NCBI GenBank assembly: GCA_051942205.1
Contig: JAVECO010000005.1
Coordinates: forward strand, 124,001 to 188,000
Direction of reading: 5' to 3'
DNA: 64,000 bases
Source: Coniocarpon cinnabarinum
Taxonomy: Eukaryota
Shown here: positions 33,388-44,609 of the stretch, in pieces
How the letters are laid out: the number at the start of each line of letters is the position of its first letter
Position numbering within the stretch: position 1 is the stretch's first letter
Position numbers and translations under genes: made by a program
Notes under the pieces: model-generated
Told to the model about the DNA's origin: nothing
Databases searched by the model: none
The model's input: the letters and a program-made list of their open reading frames with translations, nothing else

Positions 33388-34860
33388 CTATGCTGGGGGA
33401 AGAAAGCTTGCAAACAAGCCACCCTGGATCATTGCATACATGACCATGTACCGCACGATTGCCTTTGGGTGGACGTATTGCTGGAGGTCCATGCTCATCC
33501 CATTCTCGGTCGCCAGGTTAGCGATGAAGATGTAGGGAAGGATGTATCCGCTCGCAATGCGCGTAATAATCTGGGCATGGAACGACGTCAATGCAAGCGC
33601 AGACAGTATGAGTTGCGGGACGGCAAGTCGGGCCATGACGGTAATCTGAAAATTCATCTTCATCACTGACGCGGGACTCGGACTTTCTCCGCCGGCCGCG
33701 ATCGTATACTTGTTGGCGTTCCAGGCAGTCCTCAAGGCGGCGATTGCAGAAGTGAACATGATTGTGAACATTGGAGCGGCTAGCATGAATAAGGGTATAT
33801 TGACCAGTTCCCAGTAATGCAAGAAACCCACGTTCCTATTCTTAATGTCAGCTGCGCCGCGTCGGAGCTATGCGCATGAACATGACGTACCAATAATGAC
33901 GCTGAACGTAACTGTATACACTGGGTACCAGTGCAGTGCACCATGTGGCGCGTTGCTCACCGGCCGGTGTGTCCATGCAAAATTCGCGATACGCTCTGTA
34001 CTGTGGCCATGCAGATCCAGCAGCGGTCAGGAGTCCTGCCAGAATCAAGGATAACGTATATCGAAAGTTTTCAAACACGCCTCGAGGACCAAGCAGAAGT
34101 ATTTCGATCGCGAAAAGCGCGCCATTGAGGATGCCGTTGCTTCGCATGCTCGTGGCCATACCAAAGAAGACTCCGGATAAAACCATGCTGACATCATGCC
34201 TGCTCGACCTTGATGTTAAACCATAGATGTAAAGTAATGACCCAGTGAAATTGAGTAAAGAGAATGGACCCTCGCTATAAGGTGCAGAAAGAAACATGCC
34301 TGCTGGGGCAACAATATGCAGCATGGCGGGAATAAGCGGGTTTGAGCCGTGATTAGACTTGGAACACATCAAGCGGGACGCCGCGTAAAGGGCAAAGACT
34401 GATAGCAGATGGGAGGTGTGGGCCACAATGATGCCTACCCAAGCGACAGGGACGTGCTGCAGAGGCTGCCCGAAAAGAGCTTTGACACGTGAGCTTCAGT
34501 CAGCGGAGTCGACTTTCCTCCAGCGAGGGATAAAGAGGTGGCGTGGAAATGGTTACCTTGACAGAAAGCACGGATGCTGTGCGTGAAACCCCACCCCCAT
34601 GCCCAGTCTTGCTCAAAGAAGTAGTCGCGCCGTGCAACAGCAGTGAAGTATAGAGCGTCCCATCTGATAAGAGGGTACTGCAAGCGAGAGGCCCATGTGG
34701 CCTGCGGGTCCACTCCCACGCGACTGTAAAAGAGTGAAGTCGAGGTGTCGTAGCCGATGCCTGGGCTCAGAAAGGCCAGCATGAAAAGTAGGGTTTTCCA
34801 TAATAGAAACAATAAGAAAAGGTACGTCCAAGGTGACTGCACATGCTCCGAGACGCGCAT
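33388..34860 (-). CDS. GPI18: GPI mannosyltransferase 2 (PIG-V family); exons 34860-34557, 34479-33891, 33835-33388
   Basis: Motifs SPGIGYDTST, LIRWDALYF, EQDWAW, PAGMFLSAPYSE, RSNGIL, YSYVQRHYW|NVGFLHYW, QIITRIASGY and the terminal FASFLPPA. Two frame-preserving introns. Confidence 0.93.
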
Positions 34861-36602
34861 GATGGCCTGGCCTAGGCTTCTCCTACCACTTGCCAAGCCT
34901 AGTTCCGCTCCTTCGACGCCATCAGCAACGCCTCAAAGCTGCGTTGTTACCTGGACGACGCATGCTTGCCCGCACAATGCACTTGGCGTCTCTGGGAACT
35001 TCAGCTAAAAGTATGGGGGCACGGGGGTCCAAATTCGAATATAGGAGCCTTCGGAGCAAGCAAGGGCCACACGGGCTACCGGATAAAGTTTAATCCTTGT
35101 CCGACCGCATTAGGCGCTTTCACGACGGCAGTTACATCTTGCAGTGCTCTCGAGACTTACATGACAAGCCTGGCTTCCGGCCCGTGAGTAGATAGCCAAA
35201 GCTGGACATCTTTTGACACAGGTGCCTGACACTGGTGATGTATGTTCCTTGTGCTTCTGGATGGCTGCCTCACGACTTGATTGGGGCGCTCTTCGGGCCG
35301 GCTTTGGTGGCGAATCCACTGGAGGATGATTGATGATGACGCACGTAGGCCAGGGAAGGTTGCTATACCACTCTCGCTATTGAGGTCAGCACGGTGGGCA
35401 CTGATATCCCTTTGAATGTTACCCACCGAGTGCTCCGAGCGTGGGGCCACTATACATAGGGAAGTATCTTTGTAACCTGCATCCAAGATCATCATCGTGC
35501 AGCCGGTGCAATTGGAGGCGGTCATGCTATTCAGAATGACGAGATCTGGCTCTGCGCCTGCATTGAGGCTCCGGTCGTCCTAAACATGTTCCGCGCGGTA
35601 CCCTGTACCTGCATCTCAGTGTCCCGGCAGTTTGGCTCCACCGTCCCATTGCTTCAAGCGTCGCTTAGGGGGATGCTCCTGCAATCGAGCACCATGGCCC
35701 AAGAGCCGACGTTAATCCATGGACAGCTTATTGCAGCCGTCACGTGGATCACTAGTTGAACGCGCCGCGGCAAATATCCTGGCTTCCCCCATTGACGCAG
35801 GGCAGCTCAGCCGATTGCATTCGATCAGCTTCACCGCTTCCGTGCGGCGGCCACGGTGTTCGGAAAACGTTTACCTCCCACCCCGTCTAGCATCCAGAGT
35901 CACGCTGCACGCAAGTGGTTTGACGTAAACAATGCGGGCGGGCTTGTCAAGTGTGGCCACTAACTAGAGCATTAAACCTCTTTTTGAGTTGCATACTCGG
36001 TCAATGCGCCGTATTTGAAGCTCGCGGGCGTGCAACCCTCACTAGTGTAGATAAAATGCTACTGAGGTTGCGATTCAGAGGCAAGGTAGGTGCGGACTGA
36101 TCTTATTTTGGTGATACGCTGTAAATCTAGTCTCACCCGAGATGGGTATCACCCTTGTTGCCGTCCCTGCTCATCGAATCATCACGCCAAGCACAGCCGT
36201 GTGATGTTCTTGGTCTAGTTCCTGCTTTGACATTGCTTATACTAGGTCGATGCTGGACGCTATGTTCTGCCAGCGCTTTGAGGCGTGTCAGGCTGTAAGT
36301 GGAAGTTAACCTCCGGCATGACGCTGCAGGTCAACAGCAGCAGCAATTACTAAGTAGTGAGCGGCTGAAGCATCGAATCTGCTGCGTTGGCATCAAACTG
36401 CTCTATGCCCATGCTGGCGGGGTATTGTATCGAGTTTCTTCAGAGGGACTTCGCATATATAAGCCTAGCATGCTTCAATTCCTGGCAAGGTTTTGTCGAC
36501 CAACCACCTCCTCCTCGAGCCAATGACACCTCACTACCTGATCTGAAAATTCGTGGCCAACCCATTCCCCTCATCCAAAGCAAAAGCGTGACGTTGTACA
36601 AT

Positions 36603-37335
36603 ATGAATACCGAGCCAACCTCTACTCGCAGGACTGAGAGTACGACTCAAGCAGAGATCCAAGCCCAATTAAGTCCTCTCAGAGGCAGTGCATTTGCCAC
36701 CGAATGGCAAGCTGCCATGGTATTCAAAAATGGCTCACGATGTTTTGCCTGGGCTACAGGACTAACAATTAACGTAGCAGGATGCTGAGCGGGCATATGA
36801 AAGACTTCGTACCTCTACAGGAATGACGTCGTGGGGCCACATTACCGAGACCCGACGCCATCAGGAGATACTCAACGTTGATCGCAACCCGAACTCAGCT
36901 GCAAGGCAACTTTATGAACTCGGACGCTACGTTCAGGATGGTAATCAAGAAAACTGGATTGTAAGGTGGTGCATCAGGCACGTTTTCCGCAACAGGGAAG
37001 TACGCGGGTCTTCGAGGACTACAGACAACACGAACAACAACAATAACAATGGAGGTGGGGGGAATGGCAGAGGCCGAGGTAGCGGTACTGCTGCAGGCCG
37101 AGGTCAGAGTCAGGTTCAGAATGGTAATAACAAGACTGGTACGTCCATTTGTTCCTCGTGCCGTTGTAAGGTACTGCAACTTCCTCGCTCAAGGCTTTAT
37201 CGTCTTCCTTTTTTAAACAAATTTCGTAGATGTCTTTCAGAACGCATAAAATGCTGCTTAGACTACGACGAACCATGCTGATTGATGCTAGGAGCACGAG
37301 GCACGTACTACGACCCGGTGCGCGACAGCAGATGA
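36603..37335 (+). CDS. Small uncharacterised fungal protein; exons 36603-36719, 36778-37138, 37292-37335
   Basis: Two GT-AG introns with branch sites join into one frame. It contains ENWIVRWCIRHVFRNR, an N/G-rich linker and a terminal YYDPVRDSR*, a pattern I recall from hypothetical Pezizomycotina proteins. Confidence 0.7.
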
Positions 37336-40277
37336 GCCACCAAGATCTCCAGAGTTGCGGCAGTCATGTTATTGATATAGTGGTGCTGAGGTGAAGTGAG
37401 TTGAAGTCGAGCGCAAGCAAAGAGATTGTGTGGTACGCTAGGCTTAGTGTGCAGCTGCTCAGATAGTTGGAATGTGTCATGTAACAGCTCTGTTCGGTCG
37501 ACTTATCGTTGATGTTACACATGATTGTAGCGCAAGCGACAGCAATGCCTGTTACTTCCTATAAGCAATAACGTCGCTCTCTAACCTGCTGTAATCTTCC
37601 AATTTCGCTTGCGAAAATTTTGCTAGGCTCTGTAGTTAGTGTTAGATGATTGCGCGACTACCATGGCTACGTGCAGTGCCATAACGCTATGGTACTTGAC
37701 TTATTCTTGTCCACTTCCTCTTCGCCGCACATGGTGTGTCTTTGCCTGGTATACGAATAATTTTGACGACGAAGGCAGACTTGAGAAGCTGGAGATTAGT
37801 CCTCGAGGGTCATGCGCAGCTGCCTGTCCCGCAGCAGGAAATATGGATTAGGGCTCGAAGACGGGGTGATTGTACCTTGAGTACGCTCTTTTGTGATACA
37901 AAGCGCCAGCACTTAGTTCGTCTCTCTGGCTTCTTCGCTGGCAGAGTCGAGTGCTTGAGGTGTCGTTGCTGAAATAAACGGACATGCTTGACGTGATAAA
38001 TCTAGGTGGCGTACGCGACCAGCCGGTATCTGGTCTCGACAGGTACCTCATCTGTGTCTGTGAGCTGGTCAGCGGATACAGTAACTTCATAGCTGGAAGG
38101 TCCAGTTGGAGGGTTTAACCACTCGATGGAATATTCAAAGATGTCGTCGTTGTCAAATTGATACCACAAGGGATTTGTTTGACTGTTCTGCAAAAGGTCG
38201 TTGCAACACCTGGAGAAGTAATACAAGAAAATGCAAGTAGACTACAAATTTTTTATTTTCCAAGGAGACTCTCAGATGGTACGAACAAATGGCCTGTGAA
38301 GAAGTGATCTGATCTTCTCTTCTTATCGAAAGCCAGTGACCAACGACTGACGTGTTACTGTAGGGGAAATGTTCCTGTCGTCCACGGGGTAGCGGTAGGT
38401 AACAGTGACTGAAAGCCCCTGTGGGCGCTTTGTCTCTCACAATACAGCGCAGCATCCACGAAGAGACCAGTTCACTAGACGACTGAGCAAGCTGCAACAG
38501 TCCCTGCACCTTTACAATGGAGCTTCACGTGGATGCCTTTGGTAATCCAACGACGATCTTACCCTATGCTAGATCACACATAGAAAGTCCCAAGAAGCGA
38601 CGCCGAGAGCTTTTCAGAGATTGACTGTTACAGCGAGGAGGCTGCCACGATTGCCGCAGAAGTGCATCGATTCGCGACATGTGAAAGGATCAGCAGCCGA
38701 CATGCTTGTAGGTCTGGATCGTAAGGTTTGTGTTGACTGAAACCAGTGTTCCTGGTCAATTGCGTGGCGATTTGTTTGAGCAAGACATTCTCACAAGGTG
38801 CAGCAAACAGTCCTGACATCAAGGGAAGGGCAAGTGCGAGACGCTGCGTGAAAGATAGTGCAATGCAGGCCAAAAAACCAATTATAAATTCCCAAACGTC
38901 ACGGATTGCCCTCTTCTGTGCCAGCTGGACCAGACAAGACTCAGGTGCCTTGGAGTTGAATTCTCACAAATTTCGCAAACAATGGCATTCTAATTGTGAG
39001 CGGAAAGCAGGTAAGAGTAATCTAGGGGAAATGGAGAAGTTGGAAGAAGGGAAAGAACTGTTCCAAGTTACTGTTGGCCCTAACGCGCCAAGTGACCGAG
39101 CACAACGGCCAACCGGTGAGACCACTGGACGGGGCGTCAGCGCCGATCAGCTATGAACATGCCACACAACAGCGCGATGTCGATCATGCTTCTAGCGATC
39201 CAATGCGCTGTGATGACGATTTGATTCGGTCCCCTGAGCGCTTGAGGAGGATGACCGTCCAACACCCGGTTCGTAAGTGTTCTGGCGCAAAGTCTAATCT
39301 TACACGTAAACGAATGCGGAAGCCGCTCAACAAAATTTCTCCGTCCTTTCCCTGCCTGCAACATTGTTGAGCGTTCAGCAACGCGTCACACATATGAATG
39401 TGAGCGAGATTTACGACCAAAAATCAGATCATACAGTCATAAAATTCTTTCAGAATTGGTGTTTGATCCGTCTGCTAGTCTCAAAGCTCGTTCTCAGCAA
39501 TAGATGTCTGCTGCGCCACGACAAGCAATCGTTTCTAGGTTTCTGCGAACAATACAATGAAGCACCAGCGTAAGGCTCCAGCATGGTCATTGTCCAAATT
39601 TGATGTCTACATTTGGGTGTTTGCGTGATATAGCCCGAATCTTCGCAAACGTACTCAGTCGAGGTTCGATTTCACTAATAGGAAAGAAAATCGTGTCTGA
39701 TGCACTGAATATCTGACCTAACAACGTATGAGCCAAACATTTGCACCGCACCGAAACGGATTACTTTGATCCAGCCACATTCAGCGAGTGATGGCTTGCA
39801 CAATCGTGACAAATGTTTCGAAGATATGAGAAATATAATAGGCCGTTTGTTCCTGTCCGGTCAATGTGCATGATATGTTGCTCAAGCTGCACCAGTATTT
39901 GAATGCCCAGACGAGCGGCATATTGGGTTGACTACTCAAAATCTGCCTTCTGCATCTTCAACCCGTACCGTTGATGCTGACGCTGTGGCTTTGTGAGGAC
40001 GAATTGAGACGCTAAAATCACGCGGTGGCGGACAGCCATAGAGGCTTGAATACAGCAGGATCACGGAATATTAGGCTAAGGCTGAACAGGGGATAGCTCA
40101 ATGATAAAATCGAATCAACACGCTGCCCGCATCGTGTAGTGACGCTGACTCAGGTCACCTTTCGATCCACCATCTTGGTCTGTCATAGAAGAAGAGGCCA
40201 TTCGTCTTGCTCGTATTTGCTGCGTTTTGCCTCCAAACCCGACCGGTCTCTTCGGCTTCGATACCCAAATACTGCGT

Positions 40278-41984
40278 ATGCTCAAAGTCTCGCGATGTTG
40301 CCTACTCGACCTCAGACTCTTGCCCCGCGCGAGCGGCGCAGCAAGTGTTCGGGCCTTTACAACTTTTAAAGCTCAGTCTGGAGGTCGTTCGAATAGCGAC
40401 TGTTCGCCGCGTACACAGGAAAATGAATCCCACGATCGTGAGAACGACGCTGCTGCGTTTGCGCAAGCGAGCGAAATGGAAGATGCAATGACACGGCGTC
40501 TGCAGTCTCTGAGCGCTACCGATTTGACAGGCACGCGTAAAGAGGATGTTGAGGCCGCTGGGTTTTCGGAAGACCTAAAAAATGAGCTTCTTGACCGGAT
40601 AGCTGCCTCGAAAAGCTCCGCTCGCTTGCAGCACCCGTCGGCGTTTGCAGCCTCAGAAGCACCTTCCTCCGCCGGCCAAGGCAGTCGTGACATTGCGGAA
40701 GCTCAGCCCTGGCTTGGAACTGAGAGCGTGAGTGACGCCGCTCTACGTATGCTTGACGACTCTCACAAGCGACTTCGGACACCAACGCGTAGGCCTGGAT
40801 CCATCGCGCGACCACCATCTCGTGTTGACACTGGTCGGCCTGGCAAAGGCGCGAAAGCTGGGGCGCCCAAGACGGGCAGCGGAGCCCGACTGGCTAACGC
40901 GCGCGACCGAACAAGCACGTATGCGTACCTCAAAGACGAGTCGCTGAGTCCAGAAGAAAAGGAGAAGATGAGGAAAGAGTTGAAAGATCGATTTTCGCCA
41001 GGCGCAAGACCCATGCCCACAACTCTACAAGGCTTGTCCTCTTTGGCTAATGAGCGCATTGAAGACGCAATAGCGCGTGGACAATTCAAAGATTTGCCTT
41101 CACGTGGAAAGCGGATTGAACGTGATTACAACGCGTCTTCCCCTTTTCTTGACACCACTGAGTACTTCATGAACAAAATCATCCAGAAACAAGAAATAGT
41201 TCCCCCTTGGATAGAGAAGCAGCAAGAATTGGTGGCGAGTGCCAATCGATTCCGTTCTCGACTGCGTGCTGACTGGAGGAGACACGCTGCACGCATGATT
41301 TCCAGCGCTGGGGGTGACCTCGACGCACAAATTGGACGCGCAGATCGATTCGCCATTGCAGAAAGTCAACACAGTTCGCAGCCGAAACGATTGCAAGAAC
41401 AAATTAATACCATTGATAAAGAAGGGCACGTGAGCCAGATTTCTTTGGCAGGCGAACTTCAGCCTGGCCCTGCGGACAACTCTTCGACTTCGACGGTTGT
41501 TACAATCATACCTGCGCATGAGCTCGAGGAATCTCCCAAGGATCGAGACGAACAGGTCTCACAGGTCCGTCAAGCCACGTCAGCTTTATCCCCTGAGACG
41601 TCCAGTGCGGTGTTCCGAGACCCTGATTGGGAAACCACGGAGCACTCTTATCTCAATGCCGCCATTAATGACCTAAATGCGCTGACTCGGACCTACAATC
41701 TACAAGCACCGGCACTAGCGAGGAAACCATACTTTTCCCTTGATCGTGAACTCAAAGCATGCTATGCTGACGTGGCGCCAACAGTCGCACATGAGATCCG
41801 AGAACGAACACTTGGGAGAGTACATGATCCGGCGATTGCCAGCGCTCGGAATCAGAATGTTCCGGACAGGTTCGGCGGCGGCGGTCACGTTGCTCGAATC
41901 AAAGATGAAGACGAGAAGCGTCAGTATGGATTCAAGCAACTTTTGCGCGACGTATTTGGGCGGAAAGAGGCGGTAAATGGCTAG
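40278..41984 (+). CDS. DUF1992 (DNAJC28 conserved domain) protein, probably mitochondrial
   Basis: First ATG at 40278 with a presequence-like N-terminus. Contains ANERIEDAIARGQFKDLP.RGK...DTTEYFMNKIIQKQEIVPPWIEKQQEL and TRTYNLQAP..ARKPYFSLDREL..CYADVAP. Confidence 0.88.
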   Translation: MLKVSRCCLLDLRLLPRASGAASVRAFTTFKAQSGGRSNSDCSPRTQENESHDRENDAAAFAQASEMEDAMTRRLQSLSATDLTGTRKEDVEAAGFSEDLKNELLDRIAASKSSARLQHPSAFAASEAPSSAGQGSRDIAEAQPWLGTESVSDAALRMLDDSHKRLRTPTRRPGSIARPPSRVDTGRPGKGAKAGAPKTGSGARLANARDRTSTYAYLKDESLSPEEKEKMRKELKDRFSPGARPMPTTLQGLSSLANERIEDAIARGQFKDLPSRGKRIERDYNASSPFLDTTEYFMNKIIQKQEIVPPWIEKQQELVASANRFRSRLRADWRRHAARMISSAGGDLDAQIGRADRFAIAESQHSSQPKRLQEQINTIDKEGHVSQISLAGELQPGPADNSSTSTVVTIIPAHELEESPKDRDEQVSQVRQATSALSPETSSAVFRDPDWETTEHSYLNAAINDLNALTRTYNLQAPALARKPYFSLDRELKACYADVAPTVAHEIRERTLGRVHDPAIASARNQNVPDRFGGGGHVARIKDEDEKRQYGFKQLLRDVFGRKEAVNG

Positions 41985-44609
41985 ATCCGCGGCGAACGCA
42001 GTGAACTGCCAACGTTCTCGTCAGAACAGCGTTTCTAAGTTTGCAGAGCTGCTGAACCTCTTGCAGATCTTTCCCTCCGTGCAAGCTGAAGCGGGCTTTG
42101 AACTGCGGGGCCTTGCCTTGCTCGGCAGCCTCATTGGCGCTTTCACGTATCGCACGACCCTGAGCGCCTGAACATCTCAGATCAGATCGAGCACCGCCCT
42201 GTTCCCTGGGCTGTCTTCTCTGCTTTACCCGTACCAGCAGCGCCGCAAGATACAACACGGGAATCTCAATACGGGGGCTTGCGCCCATAGGCCCGGCGTG
42301 GGTTCACATGCACTGACGGTCCATACGCTAAAGCATTTGCATTCGCAACATGCAGGAAAGCTGGCTGTCACATCCAGCGAAGGCCACTTGTGTGAGGTGC
42401 TCCGGCAGATCGCAAATTACTGCTACGACTACAGGCGCTTACCCTCGAGCGTGTACCCTTGGGTGTGTACCGACAGCAGTCAGTGAATCTCACGGTCGCG
42501 ATGCCCACACCCATGGGCCGCCATCCCAATTCATCGCTTGCGAGTCAAGGTCGCTTGACACAGACAGCCGGTCTGGGCCATGGGCACATGGCCACTGCGT
42601 CTGAATCACCGTCATATTGCATGCCAGCTGTCATGTGACTCTGCAATGGTCATCTGACCGTGAGGCCTCTCGGAGCTTTTTCAGCACACATTGCCTCACC
42701 GAGCAGCTATGCACGTGGGTTTTCCAGGCTCTTGGGCTCGATCTGGCTCGGCACAAGGCTCAAAGCTTCCAAATGATGCAATTTGGACTCGGCAACATTT
42801 CCCGGTGAGATGGAGCCACGACCCTGATGTCGCGATGCGAGGCGCTTGAGTCTGGCTTCACCGCCTCTACTGCGGTCCCTCGCCTGTATCTACGCATCAG
42901 ATGACCTCACCGTGACTGCGCTCGGCAGCTCATGACGACGCCCACGTCTGCTGGTAATCACGAGTGCCGGCTGCTGGCCTGTTCCCCGTAGTACACTCCT
43001 CTACGGCAGATACAAAGAGAAGCCATCTTACCAACATGGCCAGCATCATTCCACTCGTCTTTTCGATGTTTTGGAGAATATCGTGGCAACAGAAGCCAAA
43101 ATAAAGTTTGCGTATCATGCGAAGTGCAATGATTGATTCATTCGCCACTGGCCGCCTTGAAAAAGAATGTGGGGGCAAGACAAGGCATCGCCCGTGTGCA
43201 TGCATGCGTGGACTACACCACAACGGTAAACTTCCGGTTGCGATGTTTGACTCTCATTTGTCATGGTTGACCCTGGCGCGGAACGACCAGGCTGGCCCCG
43301 GCCATTCCAGGGTATAGCAAGCGCACGCATTGGTGACGACACCGCGGTACCTTGTCGCAACGTCAGGCTACTTCGATGCGCAATGATGTAGTGCGTGCTG
43401 CGTGTGAGAAGTCTATGTTCAATACATGCAGCGGCGGGTGTAGTTGCCTCCTCAGCCTCGTGACGGTGGACTCCTCATCTTCGTGCCTCTCGAAGTGATG
43501 CCACCGCCATGATTGGTAGTAGCGTATTATCAATAACGAGTTGCACAATTGTTACGATACTTCTCTTGTTCAATGCAGAAAGCTGGGGAAAAGACAGAAT
43601 TGTGACCCGTACAGCTGGGTGAGATTGTTGGCTGTTCCCCTGATCTGACTACCAGGGATCTCTCCAGTATCTAATTCATGGGGTATTTTGTAATATTGCG
43701 ATGAGTCTCTTCCACCAATCACGTATCCCCCGTTTCGTCTTGAAGAATTTTTCCTCGCCCTCTCAGCTCCTGTTCAAAGATCGTGTGAAAAGTGACACCC
43801 CCTCTTGCCCTGTATGCTTCGAGAAGGGCGTTCGAACTAATTCACACACTGGTCCTTGATTTCAATGCATATTCATCAATTGCCCCGCCACGTTTTGTCC
43901 CAGCTTCTTTCCACGGTGTTTGCCACGTAAGAGGGTATCAAAGTGGTTTTTGAATTACAATACCCGCTCATGCTAACATCACAGACCTCAATCCGGTTTA
44001 GACTTCTGCTGTCATCATCCTTCCTTTCTGCCAGCCCACCCTCACCGGTCAATATCTTTGAACACCTCTACAAGCCCACGCCTGGGAACTTGCGGATGAC
44101 TAGGCGTCGCGACCCCTTCAATCAACCCCGAATTTTCCACAACGTGGATTCGCCGTACCTCCTTAAGCCGTGGCCACGTCAACTCAGGCGACGAATGCTC
44201 TTGAGCTCTTCTTTGACAGCGACAGCCGCAAAGACAGGTCGATCCTTCGTCGTGAAATGATGAAAAGGAGGCGAACGTCTCTTCCGTTTGAAGAAAGAGT
44301 CCCAGCGATGCGAACGATACGCTGCTGCTTCTTGAGAAGAAGTGGTTGAGATGAAACAGATCTCAGTCTAGGCGAGGAGCCCGTACGATGATGACAATCT
44401 GAGTCACGGAGCCAGGAATACGATGGCGAAAGGCCGTTGTGACTCACTGGACGCTGGATAAAACTGCGGCAAGTGCTTTATCACGAGGCTCTTGCCGCAA
44501 CGGCAACCAGCATTCCTAGTATTGCCGTACGTTAAAAGACACATCGTAGAAAGACGTCTCATTACTGAATGGGATTCTATGCCATTCCTCACAATACAGA
44601 ACAGAGTCC

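Noticed and set aside
39655..39680. GGTTCGA T-loop-like motif suggesting a tRNA (similar motifs near 32430 and 56004)
   Set aside because: No cloverleaf stems or A-box could be formed around any of them.
42000..44600. Possible gene in the interval between the DUF1992 gene and the disordered-protein gene
   Set aside because: Only short ORFs without recognisable domains or consistent splice signals.
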